Shown in pieces: positions 26,143-39,310 of a stretch of DNA of 64,000 nucleotides. The stretch comes from an uncultured Desulfospira sp. GTDB taxonomy: Bacteria; Desulfobacterota; Desulfobacteria; Desulfobacterales; Desulfobacteraceae. The number at the start of each line of letters is the position of its first letter. The stretch's first letter is position 1. The DNA lies in the NCBI GenBank assembly GCA_963663165.1, contig OY760175.1:4480001-4544000 (forward strand). Reading direction: 5' to 3'. Made by a program: the position numbers and the translations under genes. A model generated the notes under the pieces. That model made no database searches. It was given only the letters and a program-made list of their open reading frames with translations, and had not been told where the DNA came from.

Positions 26143-27411
26143 TTAATTTGGGTTGTCTAAAATCAATAACGCCTCTAAAAGACATTGGGCGCCTTTTACC
26201 AGTTGGTCGGTGGTTGTAAATTCTTCAGGGCAGTGGCTTAAGCCCCCTTTGCAGGGGATAAAGATCATGCCGGCTTTGGAGATGCTGCCCATGTGGGCGG
26301 CGTCGTGGCCGGCCATGCTGGCCTGGTTCATATAGGAAAGCCCCAATTTATCACAGGCCCGGGAGATGGCCCGGATCACCTGGGGATCAAACTTTGTGAT
26401 GGGCTTGTTGTAGTCAACACGGCGTTCAACAGCGACCCCTCTTTTTTTCTTGAGGTCTTTTACGCCGGTATTGATTTTGCTTTTTATGGTTTCAAGGCTG
26501 TCCGGGTAAAAGGTTCGAATTTCAAAATTGAGGCGGACCCGGCCGGGAATGATGTTGATGGCGTTGGGAAATACGTTCAAGGTCCCCACCGTGGCCACGG
26601 CCCGTCCGTCTTCTTCGGCTGCGGCGGATTCAACGGCAAGGACAAATTCGGCTGCCGCACACAGGGCGTCTTTTCTGTCGGCCATGGGGGTGGTGCCGCA
26701 GTGGCCGGCTTTTCCCTCAATGGTGACGGCTTCCCTGTATATGGCCGTCACCCCTTCCACAACGCCGATGTCTTTGTTTTCTCTTTCCAGAAAAGGCATC
26801 TGCTCGATGTGGAGCTCCACAAAGTGCTTGATCCGGTCCGGTCCGATCTTTGCGTCTTCAACGGATTCAAGATCAATTCCAATGGTTTTCACGGCATCGC
26901 CGATCAGGGTCCCCTTTGCGTCCTTAAGGGGCCTTAACATATCGGCGGTGGTCTTTCCGGTAACGATCTGGCTGCCGAAGGTGGATATGCCGAAGGTGTT
27001 GGGCTCTTCGGAGGTCATGACGCACAACTCAAATGGATGGCGGGTCTGGATGCCGGCAAGATCCAGTGCGCGAAAGGCCTCAAAGGCACAAAACACACCG
27101 GCAGGGCCGTCATATTTTCCGCCGTTTCGAACCGAGTCCAGATGAGAGCCGGCCATGATGACCGGAAGGTCGGGCCGGCTGCCCTGCCGCAAGGCAAACA
27201 GATTTCCGGCCGCATCCATGCGGACTTCAAGGTTGAGTTCCTTTTTGACCATGTCGCAGAACAGATCCCTTGCGGCTTTGTCCTCCTTGCTGAAGGCCAG
27301 GCGGGAAATTCCACCGGCCGGGTCTGCCCCGATCCGGGCAAAGGTTTCGATTAAATGTTCCATCCGGGAGTTTGAGAAAAACGACGCTGGGTTTTGATGG
27401 TTGGTGTTCAT
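26143..27411 (-). CDS. M20 Zn-dependent amidohydrolase (N-carbamoyl-amino acid/allantoate amidohydrolase family)
   Basis: GSHLDSV.NGGKYDG, SEE, ELHIEQ, GHCGTTPM, AGHDA, SHCPEE. Confidence 0.93.
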   Translation of the reverse strand: MNTNHQNPASFFSNSRMEHLIETFARIGADPAGGISRLAFSKEDKAARDLFCDMVKKELNLEVRMDAAGNLFALRQGSRPDLPVIMAGSHLDSVRNGGKYDGPAGVFCAFEAFRALDLAGIQTRHPFELCVMTSEEPNTFGISTFGSQIVTGKTTADMLRPLKDAKGTLIGDAVKTIGIDLESVEDAKIGPDRIKHFVELHIEQMPFLERENKDIGVVEGVTAIYREAVTIEGKAGHCGTTPMADRKDALCAAAEFVLAVESAAAEEDGRAVATVGTLNVFPNAINIIPGRVRLNFEIRTFYPDSLETIKSKINTGVKDLKKKRGVAVERRVDYNKPITKFDPQVIRAISRACDKLGLSYMNQASMAGHDAAHMGSISKAGMIFIPCKGGLSHCPEEFTTTDQLVKGAQCLLEALLILDNPN

Positions 27412-27444
27412 ATATAAAATTTCAATGTTCCTTTAAACTGCGGG

Positions 27445-28299
27445 TCATAAAAATGTTCGGGTATCCCTTGCCAGGGTTTCGAAAGCCCGTGACAAGGCCT
27501 GGGACTCTTTGCTGTTTTTGCGGCCCACCTGGGTGACGATACTGTTAAAGAGGCAAAGCAGCGAACTGTAGGAGTCAAAAAGGGTGCTGAAGGTAATGGG
27601 GATTACGGTCAGTGTGGAGACCACCCGGCCCAGGGGGGAGTCGATTTTATCGCTGATGCCGATGGTGGTCATGCCGTTCTTTTTGCAATATGCCGCGATT
27701 TCAATGGTTTCCCTGGGGTAACGGGGAAAGGCCATGGGGATGACAAGGGTGTTGGGCGGTGCATTGAGCAGTTGGTCGTAGGCATCGGTGGAGCCGTTTA
27801 CCATGGGAAAGACTCCGGATTTTACCTTGGCCAGGAAATAGGCAAAGTACTGGGCTAAGGATGCCGTTCCCCGGGTGCCGATGATAAACACCTTGTCGCT
27901 GGTGCAAATCCGGTCCACCAGAAGATCAAACTCCTGCTGGGGAAATTCATTGGACAGCTGCTCCAAGGTCTGAATTTCCCGGGAGATGATGTCCAGAGCA
28001 GCGCTCTCCGGATCTTTACCGTTTTTAAGGCTCAGGTTCAGGCGGTCGGTGGAGGTCAGGTCTTCATTGAGGACCTTTCTGAAGGCTTCTACAAACAGGT
28101 TGTACTGGGGGAATCCTAAAAACTGGGCAAACCGGATGACCGTGGGCTGGCTGACCCCGGCCTTTTTGGCAAGCTCGGTGGCCGTTAAAAACCCCATGTC
28201 CTTATAATTTTCGATAAGGTAAGCCGCAACCTTAAGCTGCTGCTTTGAGAACTCTCCCCGTTTTTCCTTGATGTATTGAATGATGTTGCCGGCTGCCAT
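27445..28299 (-). CDS. MurR/RpiR family transcriptional regulator
   Basis: HTH TATELAKKAGVSQPTVIRFAQFLGF plus SIS domain (FPRYPRET, ISDKIDSPL). Confidence 0.93.
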   Translation of the reverse strand: MAAGNIIQYIKEKRGEFSKQQLKVAAYLIENYKDMGFLTATELAKKAGVSQPTVIRFAQFLGFPQYNLFVEAFRKVLNEDLTSTDRLNLSLKNGKDPESAALDIISREIQTLEQLSNEFPQQEFDLLVDRICTSDKVFIIGTRGTASLAQYFAYFLAKVKSGVFPMVNGSTDAYDQLLNAPPNTLVIPMAFPRYPRETIEIAAYCKKNGMTTIGISDKIDSPLGRVVSTLTVIPITFSTLFDSYSSLLCLFNSIVTQVGRKNSKESQALSRAFETLARDTRTFL

Positions 28300-28312
28300 G
28301 CTACCTTCTCTG

Positions 28313-28376
28313 TTTGAAGAATATTATTCTTTATTTTCTTTTTTTGATGAATACTATTCTTCAAAGTCGGCGTCAA
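28313..28376 (-). promoter_or_regulatory. Promoter with tandem palindromic operator (putative RpiR sites)
   Basis: GAATATTATTC (28319) and GAATACTATTC (28349) are 30 bp apart inside TTTGAAGAATA...TATTCTTCAAA; they overlap minus-strand TTGACG-17-TATTCA. Confidence 0.6.
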
Positions 28377-28702
28377 GTGATAAATTCATTTTTTTTAATT
28401 TATTTTAGTTGCAATATTGTATATTTATATAATTAGAAAGGTGGTCATTATTGTAGTTTTTTGCAGAAGGCTTGTTTTTTATCATTTATTAATGTGTTTG
28501 CGGCCTGTATTGCCGGCACAAGCTATGGGACGTCCTGTCGGGCAGCTTATCCATTAAGCAGGCTTTGCCGACCATGGTGCGATCTTTAGAACAAGATCAT
28601 TCTCATTTGAGTTGATAATTTAATCAAATTGTTATAGAGTTTGGGCGGCATAAATGTCACGGCCCGCCTTGGATTCAACTTCCTTGCCAGGACCGGAAAC
28701 GA

Positions 28703-28775
28703 TTAGCCTTTAGCTTTTGGTTTGCAGCGGTCAGTTAAAAGCTAACGGCTAATGGCTAACGGCTAACAGCTAACA
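28703..28775. repeat. Inverted heptamer repeat cluster (TTAGC.. / GCTAACR x5)
   Basis: GCTAACG GCTAATG GCTAACG GCTAACA GCTAACA at 28741-28775, with complementary units at 28703-28723. Confidence 0.8.
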
Positions 28776-28799
28776 CAACATTGCGGATAAGGACAAAGA

Positions 28800-32341
<3,542 letters not shown>

Positions 32342-32396
32342 CCCCTTATGGTTAAGCCTTCTTAGGCACAGGGAAACCGCATTGACAAGTTAACGT

Positions 32397-32453
32397 GCCA
32401 TCCAAATCGGAATAGAACATATTTCGATTTGGATGGCGATTTCCATGGAAATC
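32397..32453. terminator. Long hairpin plus perfect palindrome downstream of gyrB
   Basis: GCCATCCAAATCG..CGATTTGGATGGC (32397-32437), immediately followed by GATTTCCATGGAAATC. Confidence 0.5.
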
Positions 32454-32559
32454 CGGCCTGCAAAGATAATGGTAGTTCTGTTCCTTTCCGGTAATTGACA
32501 TCTCAAAGAAGAGGCCGGTGCGCCGTTAATCGTAATTTTAAAATGGGTATCCGTTACCA

Positions 32560-35500
32560 ATGCGTCTTTACCGATTTAAGCGCTTCAAGCATGTTTTTGT
32601 TCTGTCTGTATGGCTGATGGCGGTTCTCCTGCTTTTGCCGGCGGCCCCTGCCGGGGCCGGAGAATTGGTTCGGGCAGGGGTTTATGACAACCCTCCTAAA
32701 GTTTTTATTACCCGGAACGGGACGGCGGCAGGGCTGTACCCGGACATTCTCAACGCCATGGCCCGTGAAAGGGGGTGGACCCTTCAATTTGTCCCCGGCA
32801 CCTGGCAGGAATGCCTGGATCGCCTGAAGTCACAAGAAATTGATCTGCTGGTGGATATTGGAAAGACCAAAGAGCGAGAGGCCCTTTTTTCTTTTAGTGA
32901 AGAAGTGGTGATTACCAACTGGGGGGCCGTTTACACGGGAAAAAATTCTTTTATTTTATCCTTTGAAGATTTAAAAGACCGGACCGTGGCCGTGGTCTCA
33001 GGCGATGTCTATAACACCGGAGATCGTGGAATTCGTGGGCTTTTGTCCTCCTTGGATATCTCCTGCCGGTTTGTGGAGGTGGGCAGTTACGCCGATGCCA
33101 TGATGCTGGTGGACAGCGCCCAGGTGGATGCCTGTGTGGTCAACCGCCTTTTCGGTATTTTAAATGAAGCCGAATACGATGTGACCACCACCCCCTTGAT
33201 TTTCAGCCCCATGGTGCTTCTCTTTGCCGCTCCCAGGGACGGGGAACATTCTCAAGCGCTGCTGGATCAGATTGACCAGAGCCTCCGGAAATATAAGCAG
33301 GACCCGGACTCGGTTTACCACAAAGCCATGGGCCATTATATGAACGGCGGCAGAATCAGGCTGGATATGCTCAAAGACGAGCCCCTCCCGTTTCTTGACC
33401 TGTCTTTCAAGGAGAAACAGTGGGTCCGGGATCACCCTGTGGTGAAATTCAGCACAGACCCTTATTTTTCACCCTTTGAATCCCTGTCTCAGGACGGCCG
33501 GTTCACCGGTATTGCCGCAGACTATCTCGAACTGATCCATAAGAAAACCGGCCTGAATTTTCAAAGAATCGGATTTAATACCTGGGGCCAGGCCGTTAAA
33601 GCCGCCCGGTCAAGACAGATCGACATGCTGCCCTGCCTGGCGGACACCCCCGGTCGGCAGCCGTTTCTTTCCTTTACCAATCCATATATCCAGTTTTCCC
33701 GGGTGATCATTACCACGCTGGATTCACCGCTTTGTGGAGAAATTGGGCTTTCAGGGCTTTCAGGGCTTAAGGTTGGGGTTCAGGCGGACAGGTCTTGCCA
33801 GGACGCCTTAACACATGACACCGGCATCACGGTGGTTTCCTATCCAACCTTTCTGGATGCCCTGGTTTCGGTTTCCAGTAAAAAGGTTGATGCCGCCATC
33901 GGAAACCTGGCCGTGGCATCCCATGACATTAAAAAGTTGTCTTTGACCAACCTGAAGATTGCCGGTTATGCCGACCCCGAACCCCAGTCACTGTCCATGG
34001 GGATTCGAAAGGACTGGCCCGAGCTGGCCGGGATTCTCAACCGGGCCCTGGCGTCGGTCTCCTTCAGGGAGAAAGATCAGATTCTGTCAAAGTGGCTGCC
34101 CCTGCCTCTGGATTCCCAGAAACAGATCCAGCTGACCGACAAGGAGCGTGAGTGGCTGCTCATGAATCCCCGGATCAGGGTGGCCTGGGACCGGCACTGG
34201 GCGCCCCTTGAGTTTGTTGATAAAGATGGTGCCCCCCAAGGGGTTTCCATGGACTACTTAAACGCCATTTCAAAGATGCTGGGCCTGGAATTTGACATGG
34301 GGCGCGACCTGGGCTGGCCGAAAATCGAATCAAAGCTTGAAAAAAAAGAGCTGGACATGTGTACCTGTCTGGCGGTTACCCCGAAGCGGCTGTCTTTTCT
34401 TAAATTTACCAAACCTTATCTGTCCCTGCCGGTGGTTATTTTTTCCGGAAAGGATATGCCCTATGTCCGGAACCTGTCTGAGATTTCTAAGATGAAAGTG
34501 GCCGTGGTCAAGGATTATGCCGTTGATCAATGGGTGTCCCATGATTTTCCCGATCTTTCCCTGGCCCGGGTGGATACGGTAAAAGACGGGTTTGCCCTTC
34601 TTGAGAAGAAAAAAGTGGACGCATTTTTGTGTAATGTCCTGCCGGGAAATTATTATTTAAGCCGGTTAAAAGACCACGATATTAAAATCGCCGGCACAAC
34701 CCGGTACACCTATAAATTGCGAATGGCGGTCAGAAAAGACTGGCCTGAGCTTGCCGGGATTCTAGAAAAAGCCCTGGACCGTCTCCCCGATGCGGAAAAA
34801 AATTATTTTTACCGGAAATGGGCCCTGATCAAATATGAAAAAGGGTTTGACTATGTGTTTTTTAAAAAAAGCATGGTGGTTGTCCTGGCGGTGATTCTGG
34901 TCATGCTTTTATGGAACCGGCAGATGGTCTGGGAGGTTTCCCAGCGACGAATCGCCGAGGCCACCCTGGCGATCCGGGAGGCCCAGCTTAAACGGACAAA
35001 CAGAGAACTTAAAAAAGTGGAAGCCTTAAAGGACAACCTGGCCCATATGATGATTCGTGATATGCGGTTTCCGTTGTCGGTGATCACCGGCAATCTGGAC
35101 CTTCTGGAATCGGGCCTGGACCAGTATCCCACCGTTCAAAAACATCTTAGAGCCGCCCGGGAGGGAGCGGGCATGCTCAACCGGATGATGCGCTCTTTTC
35201 TGGATACCTTCAGGCTTGAGTCCAATGAAATGGTCCTTAAACCGGAAAAATTTGACCTTAAGGAACTGGCGCAAACTGTTTTGGCAGAAATGAAAGGCCT
35301 GGCTGAAATGAATGAACAGCAGTTGTCGTTATCCGGTAAATCCTGCATGGGATATTTTGACCCGCAAATGATCAGAAAGGTGTTGGTTAATCTGGTTGAA
35401 AACGGCCTTAAAGCTTCACCAAGGGGGGGGTGGTTAGAGGTCTTTGTCGGTGAGGTGGAATCCTGTCTGATGGTGGAGGTTAAGGATTCAGGAAATGGCA

Positions 35501-35751
35501 TTCCCGTTGAATTTCAGGATAAAATTTTTGATAAGTTCAGCCGGCTTGAACAGGGGCCCAAGACCGCAGTGCCGTCCTATGGACTGGGGCTGACCTTTTG
35601 CAAACTGGCCGTTGAGGCCCACAAAGGCACCATCGGGGTGAGAAACCAGGACTTTGGCGGGTCTGTGTTTTATTTTTCCCTTCCCGGGACAGGGGAGAAT
35701 GGGTTAGGTGGCGGCCAAAGACCGGAGACCGGAAACCGTGAGCCAAACTGA
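32560..35751 (+). CDS. Sensor histidine kinase-like protein with three periplasmic SBP_bac_3 domains (H-box His replaced by Arg)
   Basis: Signal/TM, three PBP2 repeats, TM, DHp AHMMIRDMRFPL, N-box NLVENGLK, DSGNGIP, F-box IFDKF, YGLGL. Confidence 0.9.
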   Translation: MRLYRFKRFKHVFVLSVWLMAVLLLLPAAPAGAGELVRAGVYDNPPKVFITRNGTAAGLYPDILNAMARERGWTLQFVPGTWQECLDRLKSQEIDLLVDIGKTKEREALFSFSEEVVITNWGAVYTGKNSFILSFEDLKDRTVAVVSGDVYNTGDRGIRGLLSSLDISCRFVEVGSYADAMMLVDSAQVDACVVNRLFGILNEAEYDVTTTPLIFSPMVLLFAAPRDGEHSQALLDQIDQSLRKYKQDPDSVYHKAMGHYMNGGRIRLDMLKDEPLPFLDLSFKEKQWVRDHPVVKFSTDPYFSPFESLSQDGRFTGIAADYLELIHKKTGLNFQRIGFNTWGQAVKAARSRQIDMLPCLADTPGRQPFLSFTNPYIQFSRVIITTLDSPLCGEIGLSGLSGLKVGVQADRSCQDALTHDTGITVVSYPTFLDALVSVSSKKVDAAIGNLAVASHDIKKLSLTNLKIAGYADPEPQSLSMGIRKDWPELAGILNRALASVSFREKDQILSKWLPLPLDSQKQIQLTDKEREWLLMNPRIRVAWDRHWAPLEFVDKDGAPQGVSMDYLNAISKMLGLEFDMGRDLGWPKIESKLEKKELDMCTCLAVTPKRLSFLKFTKPYLSLPVVIFSGKDMPYVRNLSEISKMKVAVVKDYAVDQWVSHDFPDLSLARVDTVKDGFALLEKKKVDAFLCNVLPGNYYLSRLKDHDIKIAGTTRYTYKLRMAVRKDWPELAGILEKALDRLPDAEKNYFYRKWALIKYEKGFDYVFFKKSMVVVLAVILVMLLWNRQMVWEVSQRRIAEATLAIREAQLKRTNRELKKVEALKDNLAHMMIRDMRFPLSVITGNLDLLESGLDQYPTVQKHLRAAREGAGMLNRMMRSFLDTFRLESNEMVLKPEKFDLKELAQTVLAEMKGLAEMNEQQLSLSGKSCMGYFDPQMIRKVLVNLVENGLKASPRGGWLEVFVGEVESCLMVEVKDSGNGIPVEFQDKIFDKFSRLEQGPKTAVPSYGLGLTFCKLAVEAHKGTIGVRNQDFGGSVFYFSLPGTGENGLGGGQRPETGNREPN

Positions 35752-35800
35752 AAATTTGAAGCAGATGGTCTTCAGCGCACTTCAGGCTTTAAAAAGCCGA

Positions 35801-35829
35801 TTGACGGATGTTTTTTGCCAATGCATAAT
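35801..35829 (+). promoter_or_regulatory. Putative sigma70 promoter
   Basis: TTGACG-17 nt-CATAAT upstream of the dehydrogenase gene. Confidence 0.6.
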
Positions 35830-35898
35830 GGTCCTCGTCAGCAGCTATTGATTCGGAGAGGACATGGTTCTATCCTTAACCGTTAGAGATGATTGAAA

Positions 35899-36834
35899 AT
35901 GGAAAGTCTGGTTATCAGGGTTGACCCCCGGCGGCGGCAATGGTGGAAGCAGATCATTCAGTCCAGACTGCCGGAGTTGAAGGTGGTGCTTTTGGATGAG
36001 GATGACTATGATCCTTTGGATGTTCACTATGCCATTGTCTGGAATCCGCCCATGGGGATGTTTGACCGGTTTCCCAATCTAAAATGTGTGGCCTCGGTAG
36101 GGGCCGGGGTGTCCCACATTTTAAAAGATCCGGGGTATCCCGCACAGATTCCCATCATCCGGTGTGTCAGTGAAGCCTTGAGAATGAGAATGGCCGAATA
36201 CATTGTGCTGCATGTCCTGCGGTTTCATAAACGGCTGCCGGAAGTTGAAGCGACCCATGCCCGAAAGCTGTGGTGCCAGATCATCTCGCCTTTGGCAAGC
36301 GACATCACCGTCGGCATACTGGGAATGGGAAATTTGGGCGGGTATGCCGCCGGGCGGCTTAAGGCCATGGGGTATCATGTGGCCGGATGGTCCAGACGAA
36401 AAAAGGATATGGAACATATAACCAGCTATGCCGGAAATGAACAATTGCATGACTTTTTGTCAACCGTTCACATCCTTATCTGTATGCTGCCCCATACCCG
36501 GGAAACCGAACGTATTTTATCCAAAGAAACCCTGTCAAAGTTGCCTGAGGGCGCTTATTTAATTAATGTGGGGCGGGGAGAGTGCCTGATTGAAACCGAT
36601 TTAATTGAGCTATTGGATGCCGGGCATCTCAACGGCGCTACCCTTGATGTGTTTAACACGGAACCCCTGCCGGCGGATCACCCGTTCTGGTCCCACGAAA
36701 AAATTTTGGTGACCTGCCATAGTGCCGGAATAATTGATCCGGCCATTGGCGGGGAGACTATTGCCGATAATATTAAAAAATTTATAAATGGAGAGCCGGT
36801 TCCCGATATGGTGGATATTGGTAAAGGATACTAA
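35899..36834 (+). CDS. ghrA: D-2-hydroxyacid dehydrogenase, glyoxylate/hydroxypyruvate reductase A-like
   Basis: WNPP, SVGAGV, GILGMGNLG, GWSR, LPHT, INVGRG, LDVF..EPLP..HPFW. Confidence 0.85.
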   Translation: MESLVIRVDPRRRQWWKQIIQSRLPELKVVLLDEDDYDPLDVHYAIVWNPPMGMFDRFPNLKCVASVGAGVSHILKDPGYPAQIPIIRCVSEALRMRMAEYIVLHVLRFHKRLPEVEATHARKLWCQIISPLASDITVGILGMGNLGGYAAGRLKAMGYHVAGWSRRKKDMEHITSYAGNEQLHDFLSTVHILICMLPHTRETERILSKETLSKLPEGAYLINVGRGECLIETDLIELLDAGHLNGATLDVFNTEPLPADHPFWSHEKILVTCHSAGIIDPAIGGETIADNIKKFINGEPVPDMVDIGKGY

Positions 36835-36993
36835 TTACATGTAATCTGTGCGATTTTTGGTTCTGATATCGCCTTAAAATCCATATGATTTATCTTCTGC
36901 CCGTCCTTTTTTTTAACCTCCGAATATAAAAAACTTATTAAAATTACTGGACATTGGTTTTTGTATCTGTTATGAAGTTCCGTTGATAGATAT

Positions 36994-37091
36994 AATTGCT
37001 AATATTTGGCAGATTGGCAATCAGAATTGTCAACATTTGGCCGAATGGCAATCGAAAATTGCTAATATTTGGCAGAATGACAATCAGAATT
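36994..37091. repeat. Three tandem 31-32-bp repeats upstream of the acyl-CoA synthetase operon
   Basis: AATTGCTAATATTTGGCAGATTGGCAATCAG / AATTGTCAACATTTGGCCGAATGGCAATCGAA / AATTGCTAATATTTGGCAGAATGACAATCAG. Confidence 0.85.
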
Positions 37092-37123
37092 TACCGAATT
37101 TTTATAATACTAAAGAGGGAGTA

Positions 37124-37822
37124 ATGAAACCACAAGAAATTTTGGATCAAGCCAGGCAAGAAAAGCGTTCCGTCCTTACTGAGATTGAAGCCAAGCAGAT
37201 TCTGATGCAGTCGGGTATCAATTGTACGGACACTCAGCTGGCCGAGACCAAAGAGGCCGCTGTAGAGTTGAGTGAAAAGTTTGGATATCCCGTAGTGTTG
37301 AAAGTATCTTCGGTTGATATCAGCCACAAGAGCGATGCCGGTGGCGTAAAAGTCAACCTGAAGACCAAAGCCGAGGTCGAGAATGCTTATGACACCATTC
37401 TTGAATCCTGCAAGGCTGCGGTTCCCGGCGCCAACATTGAGGGCGTTTCGGTACAACCCATGGGAAAAGCCGGTACCGAAGTCATCATCGGCATGATCAA
37501 GGATGCCAGTTTCGGCCCGGTCATCATGTTCGGCTTAGGCGGTGTGTTTGTCGAAGTATTAAAGGATGTTTCTTTCCGCGTTGTACCCATTGACGAGTCC
37601 GACGCTGAAGATATGGTCAACGAAATCAAGGGCAAGAAACTGCTGGAAGGCTACCGCGGCCAGGAACCGGCCGACGTGGCCACCCTTCAGCAGATGCTTA
37701 TCAAACTTTCCGACCTTGTTAATGCGACACCGGAAATCCAGGAAATCGATATGAACCCGGTATTCGCTTACAAAGACGGGGCCGTTGTTGTGGACGCACG
37801 TATCATTATTTCAGTAGATTAG
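37124..37822 (+). CDS. ADP-forming acyl-CoA synthetase, beta (ATP-grasp) subunit
   Basis: LTEIEAK, GYPVVLK, HKSDAGGV, FGPVIMFGLGG, EIDMNP, VDARI; GAGGGAG RBS before ATG 37124. Confidence 0.92.
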   Translation: MKPQEILDQARQEKRSVLTEIEAKQILMQSGINCTDTQLAETKEAAVELSEKFGYPVVLKVSSVDISHKSDAGGVKVNLKTKAEVENAYDTILESCKAAVPGANIEGVSVQPMGKAGTEVIIGMIKDASFGPVIMFGLGGVFVEVLKDVSFRVVPIDESDAEDMVNEIKGKKLLEGYRGQEPADVATLQQMLIKLSDLVNATPEIQEIDMNPVFAYKDGAVVVDARIIISVD

Positions 37823-37895
37823 CGTTGGCGGCAAGCCCATCTATATATAAGGTTCATAATTGATACAAAAACGATAAAAGGAACGGTGAATAATC

Positions 37896-39287
37896 ATGGA
37901 ATTGATGGATCGATTTTTTAAACCAAGATCTGTGGCAGTTATCGGGGCCAGCGGAACTGTCGGAAAACTTGGGTATGTAATCATGAAAAATATTGCCGAT
38001 AGCGACTTTTCCGGAGATGTTTATCCGGTAAACCCGAAATCGGATGAAATACTGGGATATAAAGTATATCGGAGCGTAACCGAAATCCCCGGCGAGGTTG
38101 ACCTGGTGGTCACGGCGCTTCCGTCACCGAAAATTACCCTTGCCGCAGTAGAACAATGTGCTGAAAAAGGCGTTAAAGCCGTCATCATTGAATCTGCCGG
38201 ATTTGGTGAGATCGGCGGAGAGGGCAAGGTCATTCAGGATCAGATCGTTGCTGTGGCCAAGAAAAACAATATCCGGGTCATCGGGCCCAACTGCTCCGGC
38301 ATTGTATCCCGGAATATCGTGACATCCATTTATCCGATCATCAAAAAGGTTCCCAACGGGAACGTTGTGCTGATCGGGCAGTCAGGTATCCTGGCTGCCG
38401 GCATGGCCGCAGACCTGGTCGGCAATGAAAGCCTGGACATCAATAAGGTCTGCTCCATTGGGAACAAATGCGATGTCAGCGAAAATGACCTGCTCGAATA
38501 CTTTGGCAATGAAGACGATGTTGATGTTATTTCCATGTATCTGGAAACCGTTTCCGACGGTGCCAACCTCACCCGGATCGCCAAGGAAGTCACCCTTAAA
38601 AAACCCATTGTTTTCCTGAGCGGGGGCCGGACCGAAGCCGGTGCCCAGGCGGCCATGAGCCATACCGGCTCTATCGCCAGCAATGCCAAGATCGTCGAAG
38701 CCGCTGCCAAACAGACCGGCATGATCATGGCTGATGATTTCATGGAACTCAAAGACTTTGCCAAAGTCTTTTCTACTCAGCCGCTGCCCAAGGGCAACCG
38801 CGTTGCCGTTGTTACCGTGGCAGGCTCTGTCGGCGTAAATGTATCAGACCTTTGCGCAAGCCATGGCCTGGTGCTTCCCAAGCTGTCCCCTGAAACCATT
38901 GCAGAAGTTGAAGATAAATTTGACACCCCCGTAGGCAACCCGGTTGACCTGTACTTTTCCGTCACCAAGATCGGGTTTACCAAAACCCTGGAAATCACTT
39001 TCCCTGCCGCTATCAAAGATCCCAACATTGATGCTGTGATCCTGATGCTGGCCGGTTTTGACTACACCAAAGAAGCCATTGAGAAAAAGATCATCCAGAA
39101 AATCGTGGGCGAGCTTGGCAAACCCGTGGTGATCTGCCTGGTGGTTGGATACAACGAGAACAAGAATGTTATTCTGAACGAACTCGGCAAAGACCTGCCG
39201 GTGTTCCCGTCTTTGATTTCCGGCGTAAAAGCATTAAGCAAGCTGTGTGAATACGGGATGTTCAGAGCCAAAAAAGAATCTGCCTAA
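37896..39287 (+). CDS. ADP-forming acyl-CoA synthetase, alpha (CoA-binding) subunit
   Basis: PRSVAVIGAS, YPVNP, GPNC, QSG, phospho-His SHTGS, NPVDL. Confidence 0.92.
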   Translation: MELMDRFFKPRSVAVIGASGTVGKLGYVIMKNIADSDFSGDVYPVNPKSDEILGYKVYRSVTEIPGEVDLVVTALPSPKITLAAVEQCAEKGVKAVIIESAGFGEIGGEGKVIQDQIVAVAKKNNIRVIGPNCSGIVSRNIVTSIYPIIKKVPNGNVVLIGQSGILAAGMAADLVGNESLDINKVCSIGNKCDVSENDLLEYFGNEDDVDVISMYLETVSDGANLTRIAKEVTLKKPIVFLSGGRTEAGAQAAMSHTGSIASNAKIVEAAAKQTGMIMADDFMELKDFAKVFSTQPLPKGNRVAVVTVAGSVGVNVSDLCASHGLVLPKLSPETIAEVEDKFDTPVGNPVDLYFSVTKIGFTKTLEITFPAAIKDPNIDAVILMLAGFDYTKEAIEKKIIQKIVGELGKPVVICLVVGYNENKNVILNELGKDLPVFPSLISGVKALSKLCEYGMFRAKKESA

Positions 39288-39310
39288 TCCTAATCAAGGG
39301 AGGGAATGTT

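Noticed and set aside
35830..35895. Riboswitch in the ghrA leader (GTCCTC...GAGGAC hairpin)
   Set aside because: A single modest stem with no aptamer consensus I can recognise.
36994..37091. CRISPR array
   Set aside because: The 31-bp units are directly abutting with no unique spacers, and there are no cas genes in the window.
36983..37123. 47-aa N-terminal extension (IANIWQ repeats) of the ligase beta subunit
   Set aside because: It is just translation of the DNA repeat; a good RBS precedes ATG 37124, where family similarity begins.
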